A stretch of DNA of 63,561 bases, counting the filler. It is 7 parts of 7 records of this genome, joined end to end, with 100 filler letters (N's around TTAATTAATTAA, not from the genome) between each part and the next. Parts side by side here need not be neighbours in the genome. Positions count along the whole stretch, not along the records: positions 24,234 to 28,989 come from SRR20825010_1276; positions 29,090 to 49,336 come from SRR20825010_1279; 5 more parts are not named here. One strand, given 5' to 3'. Below are positions 27,884 through 36,809 of this stretch, piece by piece. The first letter of the stretch is position 1. Every line of letters begins with the position of its first letter. The notes under the pieces are model-generated. The model ran no database searches and was not told the DNA's origin. It saw only the letters and a list, made by a program, of their open reading frames with translations. Position numbers and translations under genes: made by a program.

Positions 27884-28989
27884 GTGAGCAACAGCGGGAT
27901 CCCCGAGAAGACCGGCATCATGGTCTGCGGCCATGGCAGCCGCAACCAGAACGCCGCGCGCGAATTCGCCACCGTCGCCGAGGGGTTGAAGGCCCGCTAT
28001 CCGGATGTCCCGGTGGAGTATGGCTATCTGGAATTCTGCAACCCGGTGATCTCCGAAGGGCTCGACCGGCTGCGCGCCAAGGGCGTCACCCGCGTTCTGG
28101 CGGTGCCGGGCATGCTGTTTGCCGCCGGCCACGCCAAGAACGACATTCCTTCCGTGCTCAACACCTACCAGGCGCAAAACAAGGGCACGGTGATCAATTA
28201 CGGGCGCGAACTCGGGATCGACCTGAAGATGATCCGCGCCGCCGGTGCGCGCATCCAGGAGGCGCTCGACACGGCCAACCAAGAGCAGGGCGAAGTGGCG
28301 CTGCATGACACGCTGTTGATGGTGGTCGGCCGGGGATCGTCCGATCCGGACGCCAATTCCAACGTGTCGAAGGTGATGCGGATGCTGTGGGAAGGCTTCG
28401 GCTTCGGCTGGGGCGAGACCTGCTATTCCGGCGTCACCTTTCCGCTGGTCGGTCCCGGTCTGAGCCATGCAGCGAAGCTCGGCTACAAGCGGATCATCGT
28501 GTTTCCCTACTTCCTGTTCACCGGCGTGCTGGTCAAGCGGATCTATTCCGAGACCGACGCGGTGGCGGCGAACCATCCCGAGATCCAGTTCATCAAGGCA
28601 TCCTATCTGAGCGACCATCCGCTGGTGCTCGACACTTTCCAGGACCGGGTGCAGGAAATCCTGGAAGGCCAGGCGCTGATGAACTGCCAGATGTGCAAGT
28701 ACCGCGAGCAGGTGCTGGGCTTCGAGGCCGAGGTCGGGCTGCCGCAGGAGAGCCATCACCATCATGTCGAAGGCATTGGCGGCGGTCTGGAAAACTGCCC
28801 CTGCAACGGCGATTGCGACGCCTCCTGCCGGGACGAGGATTTCTGCAAGGCGCACGGGCTGCCGTGGACGCCGGTCCACAGCCATGCCAGCCCGGCGCCG
28901 CTCACCCCGGTGCATGACCATTCGCATGACCACGATCATCCGCACGATCACGAGCACGAGCACGGGCACGGGCACGGGCACGGGCACGG
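27884..28989 (+). CDS. cbiX: Sirohydrochlorin cobaltochelatase CbiX, long form (3' truncated)
   Basis: Motifs CGHGSR, GYLEF, AAGHAKNDIP, GRGSSDPDAN, PYFLFTG and MNCQMCKYR, plus a His-rich tail. Confidence 0.9.
28950..28989 (+). repeat. Hexamer tandem repeat (CACGAG/CACGGG) encoding the HE/HG tail
   Basis: cacgag x2 then cacggg x4 plus a partial copy running into the contig end. Confidence 0.85.
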
Positions 28990-29089
28990 NNNNNNNNNNN
29001 NNNNNNNNNNNNNNNNNNNNNNNNNNNNNNNNNTTAATTAATTAANNNNNNNNNNNNNNNNNNNNNNNNNNNNNNNNNNNNNNNNNNNN
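28990..29089. other. Artificial contig linker
   Basis: N44-TTAATTAATTAA-N44. Confidence 0.98.
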
Positions 29090-29090
29090 T

Positions 29091-29172
29091 CACGGCGGAG
29101 ACCGCCGTGCTACAGGTTGCCCGCCGACACGGCTTGCCCATGCCCGTCCGAATTCTTGGCGAATCCGGCTAC
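29091..29172 (-). repeat. Two GTAG-type REP palindromes
   Basis: Minus strand: GTAG-CCGGATTC-GCCAA-GAATTCGG (29148-29172) and GTAG-CACGGCGG-TCT-CCGCCGTG (29091-29113). Confidence 0.7.
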
Positions 29173-29183
29173 GGAGACCTGGC

Positions 29184-29813
29184 CTACGAGCCCGACATTT
29201 CAGGGTTGAGGCTGGGGTCGTTGTACATCTTCATTTGCCGGTACGTCTTGTGACGTTTGCGGCCAGCGAAAATGTCATCGATCAAGCTTTGCAGCGACGC
29301 TGACAGATCCGCATGTTGGACTTGGCAGAGCAACCACCTCGCCTCCACCTTGGATCGGTGTTCGGCATCGGCATCCTGCCGCTGCAACTGCTCAGCATAA
29401 TGGAACAGACGCAGTGACATGATCGACAACCGATCGATCGCACTGCCGGGCGTCTCGGTGTTGATCGGGGCGTCTTCAGCAACCACCACACTCGATTGCT
29501 GGATGGATTCCGTGATCGCATCGTCCAGCTTTTCGATCCAATCGTTTCGCTGTTGATTCAGCCGATCGATGGAACGTTTGACTTCAGCGATACGGGCGTC
29601 GGTCACGTTGGGATTGCGTGCGACGTCTTCTTCGTGCCACAACTCAAAATTGAAAGCATGTTGTTGGCACACCCATCTCAGCCAACCCGAGTACGGGTTG
29701 GCCATGGGTTCATCGTGCCACCGGCGGACGCAATCGATTTGCAATTGCGTCCAGTCTTGGACCGAACCGGTGACCTTTGGAATGCGGCCGGAATCTTCGA
29801 CGGGGCCGCCCAC
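29184..29813 (-). CDS. DUF4254 domain protein
   Basis: Motifs NFELWHEEDVAR, KRSIDRLNQQRND, NTETPGSAIDRLSI and YRQMKMYNDP. Confidence 0.88.
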   Translation of the reverse strand: MGGPVEDSGRIPKVTGSVQDWTQLQIDCVRRWHDEPMANPYSGWLRWVCQQHAFNFELWHEEDVARNPNVTDARIAEVKRSIDRLNQQRNDWIEKLDDAITESIQQSSVVVAEDAPINTETPGSAIDRLSIMSLRLFHYAEQLQRQDADAEHRSKVEARWLLCQVQHADLSASLQSLIDDIFAGRKRHKTYRQMKMYNDPSLNPEMSGS

Positions 29814-29817
29814 CGGA

Positions 29818-30822
29818 TCAAACTTCTTTTTCGTCGATCCAGTTCATCATGCGGCGAAGGCCGAGACCGATTTGCTCGACACCGTGCAAACGTTCGCGAC
29901 GACGGGTTGCCTTGAAGAAAGGAGCACCCGCACGGTTTTCGCTGATCCACTTGCGAGCGAACTCGCCTTGTTGGATCTCTTCGAGAACCTTCTTCATTTC
30001 GGCTTTGGTTTCATCAGTGATAATACGTGGGCCAGTGACGTAATCGCCGTATTCAGCGGTGTTGCTGATGCTGTATCGCATGTAGCTCAAACCACCTTCG
30101 TACAACAAATCGACGATCAACTTCAGTTCGTGCATGCACTCGAAGTAAGCCATTTCAGGCTGGTAACCAGCTTCGACCAGAGTGTCAAAACCAGCTTTGA
30201 CCAATTCGCTGACACCGCCGCACAAGACAACTTGTTCGCCGAACAAGTCGGTTTCGGTTTCTTCGGCGAAGGTGGTTTCGATGACACCACCGCGAGTTCC
30301 GCCGATGCCCTTGGCATATGCCAAACCAATTTGCTTGGTGGTTTCCGATGCACCATCGCCCAGTGCGATCAATGCGGGAACGCCGCCGCCCTTTTCGTAC
30401 TCGCTGCGGACCAAGTGGCCGGGGCCTTTAGGAGCGACGAGCAGAGTGTCGATGCCCTTGGGAGGATCGATTTGACCAAAGTGAATGTTGAAACCGTGCG
30501 AGCACATCAACACGTTGCCTTCGGACAGATTGTCACGAATCGAATCGCGATAGATGTCCGCTTGAACTTCATCGGGAAGCAACACGTTGATGACGTCGGC
30601 TGCCTTGGTGGCTTCTGCGATCGACATGGGCTCGAACCCGTGCGAGACGGCCAAGTCGTAGTTCGCACTGCCGGGACGCTGGCCGATGATGACCTCGCAA
30701 CCGCTGTCACGCAGGTTTTGAGCTTGGGCGTGTCCTTGCGAACCGTAACCCAAGATCGCGACCTTCTTGCCTTTCAGGTGAGATAGGTCGGCGTCGTTTT
30801 CGTAGTAAATGGTGGCTGCCAT
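29818..30822 (-). CDS. ilvC: Ketol-acid reductoisomerase
   Basis: Motifs [45 protein letters not shown] and SNTAEYG. Confidence 0.97.
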   Translation of the reverse strand: MAATIYYENDADLSHLKGKKVAILGYGSQGHAQAQNLRDSGCEVIIGQRPGSANYDLAVSHGFEPMSIAEATKAADVINVLLPDEVQADIYRDSIRDNLSEGNVLMCSHGFNIHFGQIDPPKGIDTLLVAPKGPGHLVRSEYEKGGGVPALIALGDGASETTKQIGLAYAKGIGGTRGGVIETTFAEETETDLFGEQVVLCGGVSELVKAGFDTLVEAGYQPEMAYFECMHELKLIVDLLYEGGLSYMRYSISNTAEYGDYVTGPRIITDETKAEMKKVLEEIQQGEFARKWISENRAGAPFFKATRRRERLHGVEQIGLGLRRMMNWIDEKEV

Positions 30823-30883
30823 GAGAAGTCACTCAGGGTGTGTGGGGAAAGATGATTTGGAAGGGATCGGTACTGAATCGGTG

Positions 30884-31423
30884 TTAGGCTTGGACGGTTT
30901 CTGCAGCGGGCTCACTCGAGGTGACTTGCGAACCACTGCGAACCATCGCGATTCGGCCCGTCCGGACCAATTCGACGATGCCATAGCGATCGATTCGTTC
31001 GATGAAAGCCTGGACCTTGTTGGCTCGGCCGCTGATTTCGATCATCACTTCCCCTTCGCCGACATCGACGATTTGACCGCGGAAGATATCGACCAATTCG
31101 CGAATTTCGCTGCGGACGCCACCAGCGGGAGCGGTGACCTTGACCAGCAGGAGATCGCGTTCGACGTAATCGTTGGAGCTGATATCCAGCACACGCACGA
31201 CCGTGACGATTTTCTCGAGTTGTTTGCGGACTTGGTCGAGGACTTGGTCGTCGCCGACAACGACAAACGTCATTCGCGAAAGCGTTGGATCTTCCGTTTC
31301 ACCGACAGCCAACGAATCAATGTTGTAACCGCGGGAAGCGAGCATTCCGGAAATGTGTGCAAGCACTCCGGGCACGTTTTGAACGAGCGCCGAGAGCAAA
31401 TGACGTTGGTTGGGACTGGCCAT
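30884..31423 (-). CDS. ilvN: Acetolactate synthase small subunit
   Basis: Motifs LSALVQNVPGVL...RGYNIDSLAVG, RKQLEK and ELVRTGRIAM. Confidence 0.95.
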   Translation of the reverse strand: MASPNQRHLLSALVQNVPGVLAHISGMLASRGYNIDSLAVGETEDPTLSRMTFVVVGDDQVLDQVRKQLEKIVTVVRVLDISSNDYVERDLLLVKVTAPAGGVRSEIRELVDIFRGQIVDVGEGEVMIEISGRANKVQAFIERIDRYGIVELVRTGRIAMVRSGSQVTSSEPAAETVQA

Positions 31424-31746
31424 GAAAATGCCTGTGAGTCGCCATGTGAGAGCAAAAAAGATCGCCAATCGCGTCGAAGACGCGACAAATACAACGGAAG
31501 GGTCGCGATCAAGAGCGACGCATGATAATTTTGGAGGTTGACGCTGCCAAGGGCTTCGGGCCAATCGCTGCAAACTCGCTGCTCGATCTGCCGGGACAGA
31601 GCACTTCCAGACGCCGAATGTTCGCTGATAGCTCCGCTTCGGCACCCAATTCCGCCGGAACCAGCTCGCCTCTCGAACCTGTTCCTCCCGTTTTTGTCCC
31701 TCATTCACCTACTTTCAGCCCTTTCTGATCCTGAGCGACCCACTGC

Positions 31747-32550
31747 ATGAGCTTTCGCATCGATTTGCCGGTCTATCGAGGGCCAATCGATCTGCTGCTG
31801 TACTTGGTCCGCCGCCAAGAATTGTCGCTGACGGAGATGTCGCTGGCCAAAGTGGTCGACCAATACGTCGCCCACTTGGATGTGCTCCAGGAACTCGATC
31901 TGGGCGAAGTCGGTGATTTCCTGGAACTGGCCGCCACCTTGGTGGAAATGAAAAGCCAGGCTGTTTTGCCCAAGATTGAGGACGAAACCGAAGAAGAAAC
32001 GGTCGAGGACACGCACGAGGCGTTGGTCGAACGCCTACTGCAATACAAAGAAATCCGCGACGCGGCAGCGGTCCTGGACGAAATGTCCGCTCGTTGGCAA
32101 ACCCGATTTGAACGCGTCGCCGACGACCTCCCGACCCGCCGTAACGACCCGGCCGATCAGCCCATCGTCGAACTGGAAATTTGGGACTTGGTCAGTGCCT
32201 TCGGACGGATCATGCGTGAATCCGCCGGGCCGCCAGCCACCGAGGTCATCTACGACGACACCCCCATTCACGTCTACATGCAAAAGATCCACAAAGAATT
32301 GGCGGCCCATCCCCGCGTTCCGCTGGTCGATTTGGTGCCCGCCGGGCAACACAAATCGGCCTACATTGGCTGGTTCCTGGCCATGTTGGAACTGACTCGG
32401 CACCACGGTGCCGCGGTCGACCAAAACGACCAAGGTGAAATCGAAGTCGTGCGGACCGAACGCTATTCAGATAATTTGAACGTCAACGAAGTCGACAACT
32501 ACGGCACCGACTCGATCGACAATAGCAACATGCCGATCCGGATGCGTTGA
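31747..32550 (+). CDS. scpA: Segregation and condensation protein A (kleisin)
   Basis: Motifs YRGPIDLLLYLVRRQE, FLELAATLVEMKS, LVERLLQYK and FLAMLEL. Confidence 0.92.
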   Translation: MSFRIDLPVYRGPIDLLLYLVRRQELSLTEMSLAKVVDQYVAHLDVLQELDLGEVGDFLELAATLVEMKSQAVLPKIEDETEEETVEDTHEALVERLLQYKEIRDAAAVLDEMSARWQTRFERVADDLPTRRNDPADQPIVELEIWDLVSAFGRIMRESAGPPATEVIYDDTPIHVYMQKIHKELAAHPRVPLVDLVPAGQHKSAYIGWFLAMLELTRHHGAAVDQNDQGEIEVVRTERYSDNLNVNEVDNYGTDSIDNSNMPIRMR

Positions 32551-33389
32551 TGGTCGACAACATTCCAATTCTCTCGCATGTCCATGATGGACTGACGATC
32601 GAGGGCTATTCGCGCGCCGCGGTGCAAACCTGCTGGCGAGTCAACGAACTCAAGCTCCTGTTTGATGTCGGGGTCCAACCCTGGGACTTCATGGGCACGC
32701 CGACCATGTTCATCTCGCACGCGCACCTGGATCACATCGCGGCCCTGCCCGCGTACGTGTCTCGGCGACGAATGATGAAGATGGACCCGCCCGTCATCTA
32801 CCTGCCCGACTCCGCGGTCGACATGGCGTGGAAGATGTTGCAAACCTTCCGCAGCCTTGATCGCGGTGCGATGCCATGCGAACTGGTCGGATTGCTCGAT
32901 GGCGACGAAACCAAAATCGGTCGCGAGTACGTTGTGAAGTCAATGAACGTGCATCACACGATCGATGCACTCGGGTTCATCGTCTATCAACGTCGTCACA
33001 AACTCAAACCCGAGTACCTGGACCTGCCCGGCGAAAAAATTCGCGATCTCAAAATGGCCGGCACCGAGATCACGACCGAGCAACGTGTGCCTGTGTTCGC
33101 TTACACCGGCGACACATCACCCAAGGGCTTGGACAGCAACCCCGAGTTCTATGAGTCCAAAATTTTGATCAGCGAACTCACGTTTGCTGCGCCCGAACAT
33201 CGTCGATCGAAAATCCACAAACATGGTCACATGCACGTGGATGACTATCGCGAACGAGCGGACAACTTTAAAAACGAACTGATCATCGGGTCTCACGCCA
33301 GCACGCGTTACACCGACGTCCAAATCCGACGCTTTGTCAAAAAGGCATTGCCCGGCATGCTGGACGACCGGCTGAAACTCTGGATCTAA
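32547..33389 (+). CDS. Metallo-beta-lactamase-fold hydrolase, TM/plant-type tRNase Z-like
   Basis: Motifs ISHAHLDH, KLKPEY...G.EIT short arm, AYTGDT, HGHMH and SHASTRY. Confidence 0.8.
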   Translation: MMVDNIPILSHVHDGLTIEGYSRAAVQTCWRVNELKLLFDVGVQPWDFMGTPTMFISHAHLDHIAALPAYVSRRRMMKMDPPVIYLPDSAVDMAWKMLQTFRSLDRGAMPCELVGLLDGDETKIGREYVVKSMNVHHTIDALGFIVYQRRHKLKPEYLDLPGEKIRDLKMAGTEITTEQRVPVFAYTGDTSPKGLDSNPEFYESKILISELTFAAPEHRRSKIHKHGHMHVDDYRERADNFKNELIIGSHASTRYTDVQIRRFVKKALPGMLDDRLKLWI

Positions 33390-33390
33390 C

Positions 33391-34560
33391 ATGACGTGCA
33401 TCCCTCCCGGCGGCTGGCCGCAACCACAGTCGCTGTATGTGCACGTTCCGTTCTGTCGTCATCGATGTGGCTATTGCAACTTCAGCGTGATCGCGGGCCG
33501 CGACGAGTTGCAGGATCAATACCTCGATGCCGTCGAGCGTGAACTCAAAGGCATCGACAACTCCTCGCATGAATTGCCGCTGCGAACGATCTTCTTAGGC
33601 GGCGGCACACCAACGCGTTTGTCAGCCGCACGTCTGCAGCGACTGCATCGAGCGATCTCGAATGCATTCCCGATCGCTGATGACGCTGAGATCACCGCGG
33701 AAGCCAACCCCGAAGACATCTCGCCCGAGTGCCTGGATGCTTTGCAAGCCACCGGAGTGAATCGCATCAGCCTCGGCGTTCAGTCGTTTGACGCCGAAAA
33801 ATTGCGATGCCTCGAACGCGGCCATGACGAATCCATCGCACTCTCCGCGATCGAATCCGCTCACCAACGAGTCGGCAATGTCTCGATCGATCTGATCTTT
33901 GGTGCCCCCAGCGAATCCCTCGCGACTTGGCAAAACGATTTGTCGATCGCGGCAGCCTCCTCGATCTCGCATGTCTCCACCTATGCCCTGACATTCGAAA
34001 AAGGCACTTCGTTTTGGTCACGGCGTTCGCGTGGCGATCTATCGGAAACCGATGAGACGCTGGAACTGCAAATGTACGAAGCCGCTCAACAACAATTCGC
34101 AATCGACGGTTGGCAGCAGTACGAGATCAGCAGTTTCGCAAGAGGTGCCACGCGATGCCAACACAACCTGGCTTATTGGGCGGGACGTGGTTGGCACGCC
34201 GTTGGTCCCGGAGCCGCACGCTTCGTCGACGGTCGACGCGAAGTCAATCATCGCAGCACAACGACGTACCTCAAACGCATGCTGGCCGGCGGAAATGCAA
34301 CCGATGAAACGGAGGCGATCACGTTGGAACAGTACGCTCGTGAACTGGCCGCGTTTGGCGTGCGTCAACTCGACGGCATCGACCTTTCCACGATTGATGA
34401 TCGAACTTCAATCGACCTGGAAACCTTGCTTGCGAAAACGCTGACGAAACTTCAGTCGATGGAATTGGTCACGCACGAGAACCACGACCTCAGGCTCACC
34501 CGTCGCGGCATCTTGTTTGCTGACACCGTCGCAACCGCTCTGCTGTCCGAGCCAGAGTAG
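33391..34560 (+). CDS. hemW: Radical SAM heme chaperone HemW (HemN-like)
   Basis: Motifs LYVHVPFCRHRCGYCNF, GGGTPT, EANP, NRISLGVQSF, YEISSF and HNLAYW. Confidence 0.92.
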   Translation: MTCIPPGGWPQPQSLYVHVPFCRHRCGYCNFSVIAGRDELQDQYLDAVERELKGIDNSSHELPLRTIFLGGGTPTRLSAARLQRLHRAISNAFPIADDAEITAEANPEDISPECLDALQATGVNRISLGVQSFDAEKLRCLERGHDESIALSAIESAHQRVGNVSIDLIFGAPSESLATWQNDLSIAAASSISHVSTYALTFEKGTSFWSRRSRGDLSETDETLELQMYEAAQQQFAIDGWQQYEISSFARGATRCQHNLAYWAGRGWHAVGPGAARFVDGRREVNHRSTTTYLKRMLAGGNATDETEAITLEQYARELAAFGVRQLDGIDLSTIDDRTSIDLETLLAKTLTKLQSMELVTHENHDLRLTRRGILFADTVATALLSEPE

Positions 34561-34758
34561 AACCGTTGTCTTCAACTGTTTGCGTGGCTGGGTCGCTTCG
34601 CAGAAAAGTGGGATGCGAATGAGTGGTACTTCAGCATCTTGGATTCACGCAATGGAAGATCAGCAAGACCGTTTGTTTGAATCTCGGGATGGCTTGGCGA
34701 GGGAACGTTGCCTGACGGAACAATTGAGGACAATTGTTCTACTCTGTGGGCGCTGCGT

Positions 34759-35496
34759 TCAGCTCTGTTTGCGTTTGCGATACTCAGTCGGCGACATCTT
34801 CATGATGCGTTGAAAACTGCGACTGAAGTGTGCGTGGTCATAGAAGCCGCAACTTTGCGCGATCGTGGTCACACGCTCGTCGGTTTCTCGCAGCCATCGC
34901 GCCGCATTCTCCACTCGAACGCGAATCAAATACTGGCGGGGTGACGCACCAAACGCCAAACGAAATCGCCTCTCAAAATGACTTGCCGACAACCCTGCCA
35001 TCTCAGCCAAGTGCCCCGTCGGAATGTCTTCACGATAGTGAGCGTGGATGTATTGCATCACTTTCTCCAACGAGTCCGCGCTGCCCGACTGCATCCGTTC
35101 GACTTGACGTGAAAACCCCGCGACGCCGATCACGCGCCCACGACGATCCTTCAGCGGAATCTTGCTGGTCGTGACCAACCGCGGCGAACCCGCTTCCTCG
35201 GGTGCACTTTCAATTCGGTTGATGATCGCTTCCTTCGATTCCATCACCTGCAAATCGTCTTCGCGATATTCGTCCGCCCGTGTCTTCGGAAAGAAGTCGT
35301 GATCGGTCTTCCCGATTGCTTCCGACTCGGACAACACGCCGCAGTATTCACAACCACGACGATTGAGCGCCATGAACCTGCCCTCGCGATCTTTGACGAA
35401 AAAAGACACATCCGGCAACCAGTCAAAGAGCTTCAAAATCTCCTGTCCGGGAGCCAAGCGAGCGAAAAACGCTTGTCTATTGAGTGTCTTTTTCAT
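34759..35496 (-). CDS. AraC family regulator with N-terminal PAS domain
   Basis: PAS_4 (LPDVSFFVKDREGRF, TSKIPL) plus AraC HTH (CGFYDHAHFSRSF). Confidence 0.92.
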   Translation of the reverse strand: MKKTLNRQAFFARLAPGQEILKLFDWLPDVSFFVKDREGRFMALNRRGCEYCGVLSESEAIGKTDHDFFPKTRADEYREDDLQVMESKEAIINRIESAPEEAGSPRLVTTSKIPLKDRRGRVIGVAGFSRQVERMQSGSADSLEKVMQYIHAHYREDIPTGHLAEMAGLSASHFERRFRLAFGASPRQYLIRVRVENAARWLRETDERVTTIAQSCGFYDHAHFSRSFQRIMKMSPTEYRKRKQS

Positions 35497-35632
35497 GCTG
35501 TTTTTTTACACAAGAATAATCGCTTCATGCAAGACAACCAACGTTTTTCCAGCGAAACTGGTCTCCGAATCAATCGTTCCCCCGCGGTACCTCGTTCCGC
35601 TCGTCCCCATCACTTCACCTGGATCTCGACCC

Positions 35633-36739
35633 TTGACCCAGACACCCCGCCGCAACTTCTTGCAGAAAACCGCCGTCACCGCTCTCGCCGCGACCGCTGC
35701 CACTCGCACGTTGACCGCCGCGCCGCCCAAGGACGAACCTGAGATCATCGGCCACGGTGATTATCGCTATCGCATGATTCGTGACTGGGCCCAAATCAGT
35801 GCACTCCGAACGCCGCTTCTTAACTGTCACGAAATGGTGCAGGACAAACGCGGCCGGTTGTTCATGATTGGTGACCACACCGACAACAACATCCTCGTCT
35901 TTGACAAATCCGGCAAACTGCTGGATGCCTGGGGAACCATCTTCCCCGGCGGTCACGGGCTCAGTCTGATGGACGAAGGTGACGAAGAGTTCCTGTTGAT
36001 CACCGATGGCGGATGGACGCTGGATCGCAACGGCAAAGCGATCCGCAACAACGGCCGCGTGACCAAGATGTCGTTGCATGGCCGCATCCTGTTTGACATC
36101 GGCCATCCACAAACCATTGGCATCTACAACGCTGGTGATCCGTTCTGCCCAACCGAAACCACCGTCGGTCCCAATGGGGACATCTATGTGGCTGATGGCT
36201 ACGGCAAAGACTATGTGATTCAGTACAACAGCAACGGCGAATACATTCGCCACTGGGGTGGGCACAACAACGAAGACCCCAACATGAATCTGAAGAACGC
36301 CCACGGAGTCGCACTCGACACCCGTGACCCGAATCAACCTTTGATCGTCTGCACCTCACGCAGCGAATGTTGCTTCAAGTTCTTCACATTGGATGGCCAA
36401 TACGTGAAGACGGTTTCGCTGCCGAACATGCGAGTTTGTCGTCCGGTCATCGACGACCAAAACTTGTACGCGGGAGTCTGCTGGTCCCAACCACGTTCGG
36501 GAGGATCGCCTTGGGCCGGTCACACCGGATTCATGACAGTCTTGGAAGGCGACCAAGTCGTCTCCAACCCAGGTGGTTCCGAACCGGAATACGTCGATGG
36601 CGTGCTTCAGAATTCTTATCAGCTTGAAAGCCAGCCGATCATGCACGGCCATGATGTTTGCGTCGACGAAGACAAAAACCTGTACGTGTGCCAGTGGAAC
36701 GCCAACCACACGCCACCAATCAAGCTCGAACGAATCTAG
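35633..36739 (+). CDS. Tat-exported NHL/6-bladed beta-propeller (peptidylglycine amidating lyase-like)
   Basis: RRNFL twin-arginine signal, GGHGL, PTET..GPNGDIYVADGYG, NAHGV and HGHDVCVDEDKNLYVCQW. TTG start is inferred. Confidence 0.8.
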   Translation: MTQTPRRNFLQKTAVTALAATAATRTLTAAPPKDEPEIIGHGDYRYRMIRDWAQISALRTPLLNCHEMVQDKRGRLFMIGDHTDNNILVFDKSGKLLDAWGTIFPGGHGLSLMDEGDEEFLLITDGGWTLDRNGKAIRNNGRVTKMSLHGRILFDIGHPQTIGIYNAGDPFCPTETTVGPNGDIYVADGYGKDYVIQYNSNGEYIRHWGGHNNEDPNMNLKNAHGVALDTRDPNQPLIVCTSRSECCFKFFTLDGQYVKTVSLPNMRVCRPVIDDQNLYAGVCWSQPRSGGSPWAGHTGFMTVLEGDQVVSNPGGSEPEYVDGVLQNSYQLESQPIMHGHDVCVDEDKNLYVCQWNANHTPPIKLERI

Positions 36740-36809
36740 TCCGCGTTGGAGTCTGCCCGCCCGGACCGTTTCGCACCCCAGCAACCTTCCCCACAGCTGC
36801 TAATCCACC

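Noticed and set aside
29569..30786. 405-aa ORF antisense to ilvC
   Set aside because: Typical antisense mirror of a highly biased gene.
34718..34739. 9-bp perfect hairpin GAACAATTG-AGGA-CAATTGTTC between hemW and AraC
   Set aside because: It is AT-rich with no U-tract, so a terminator cannot be distinguished from chance.
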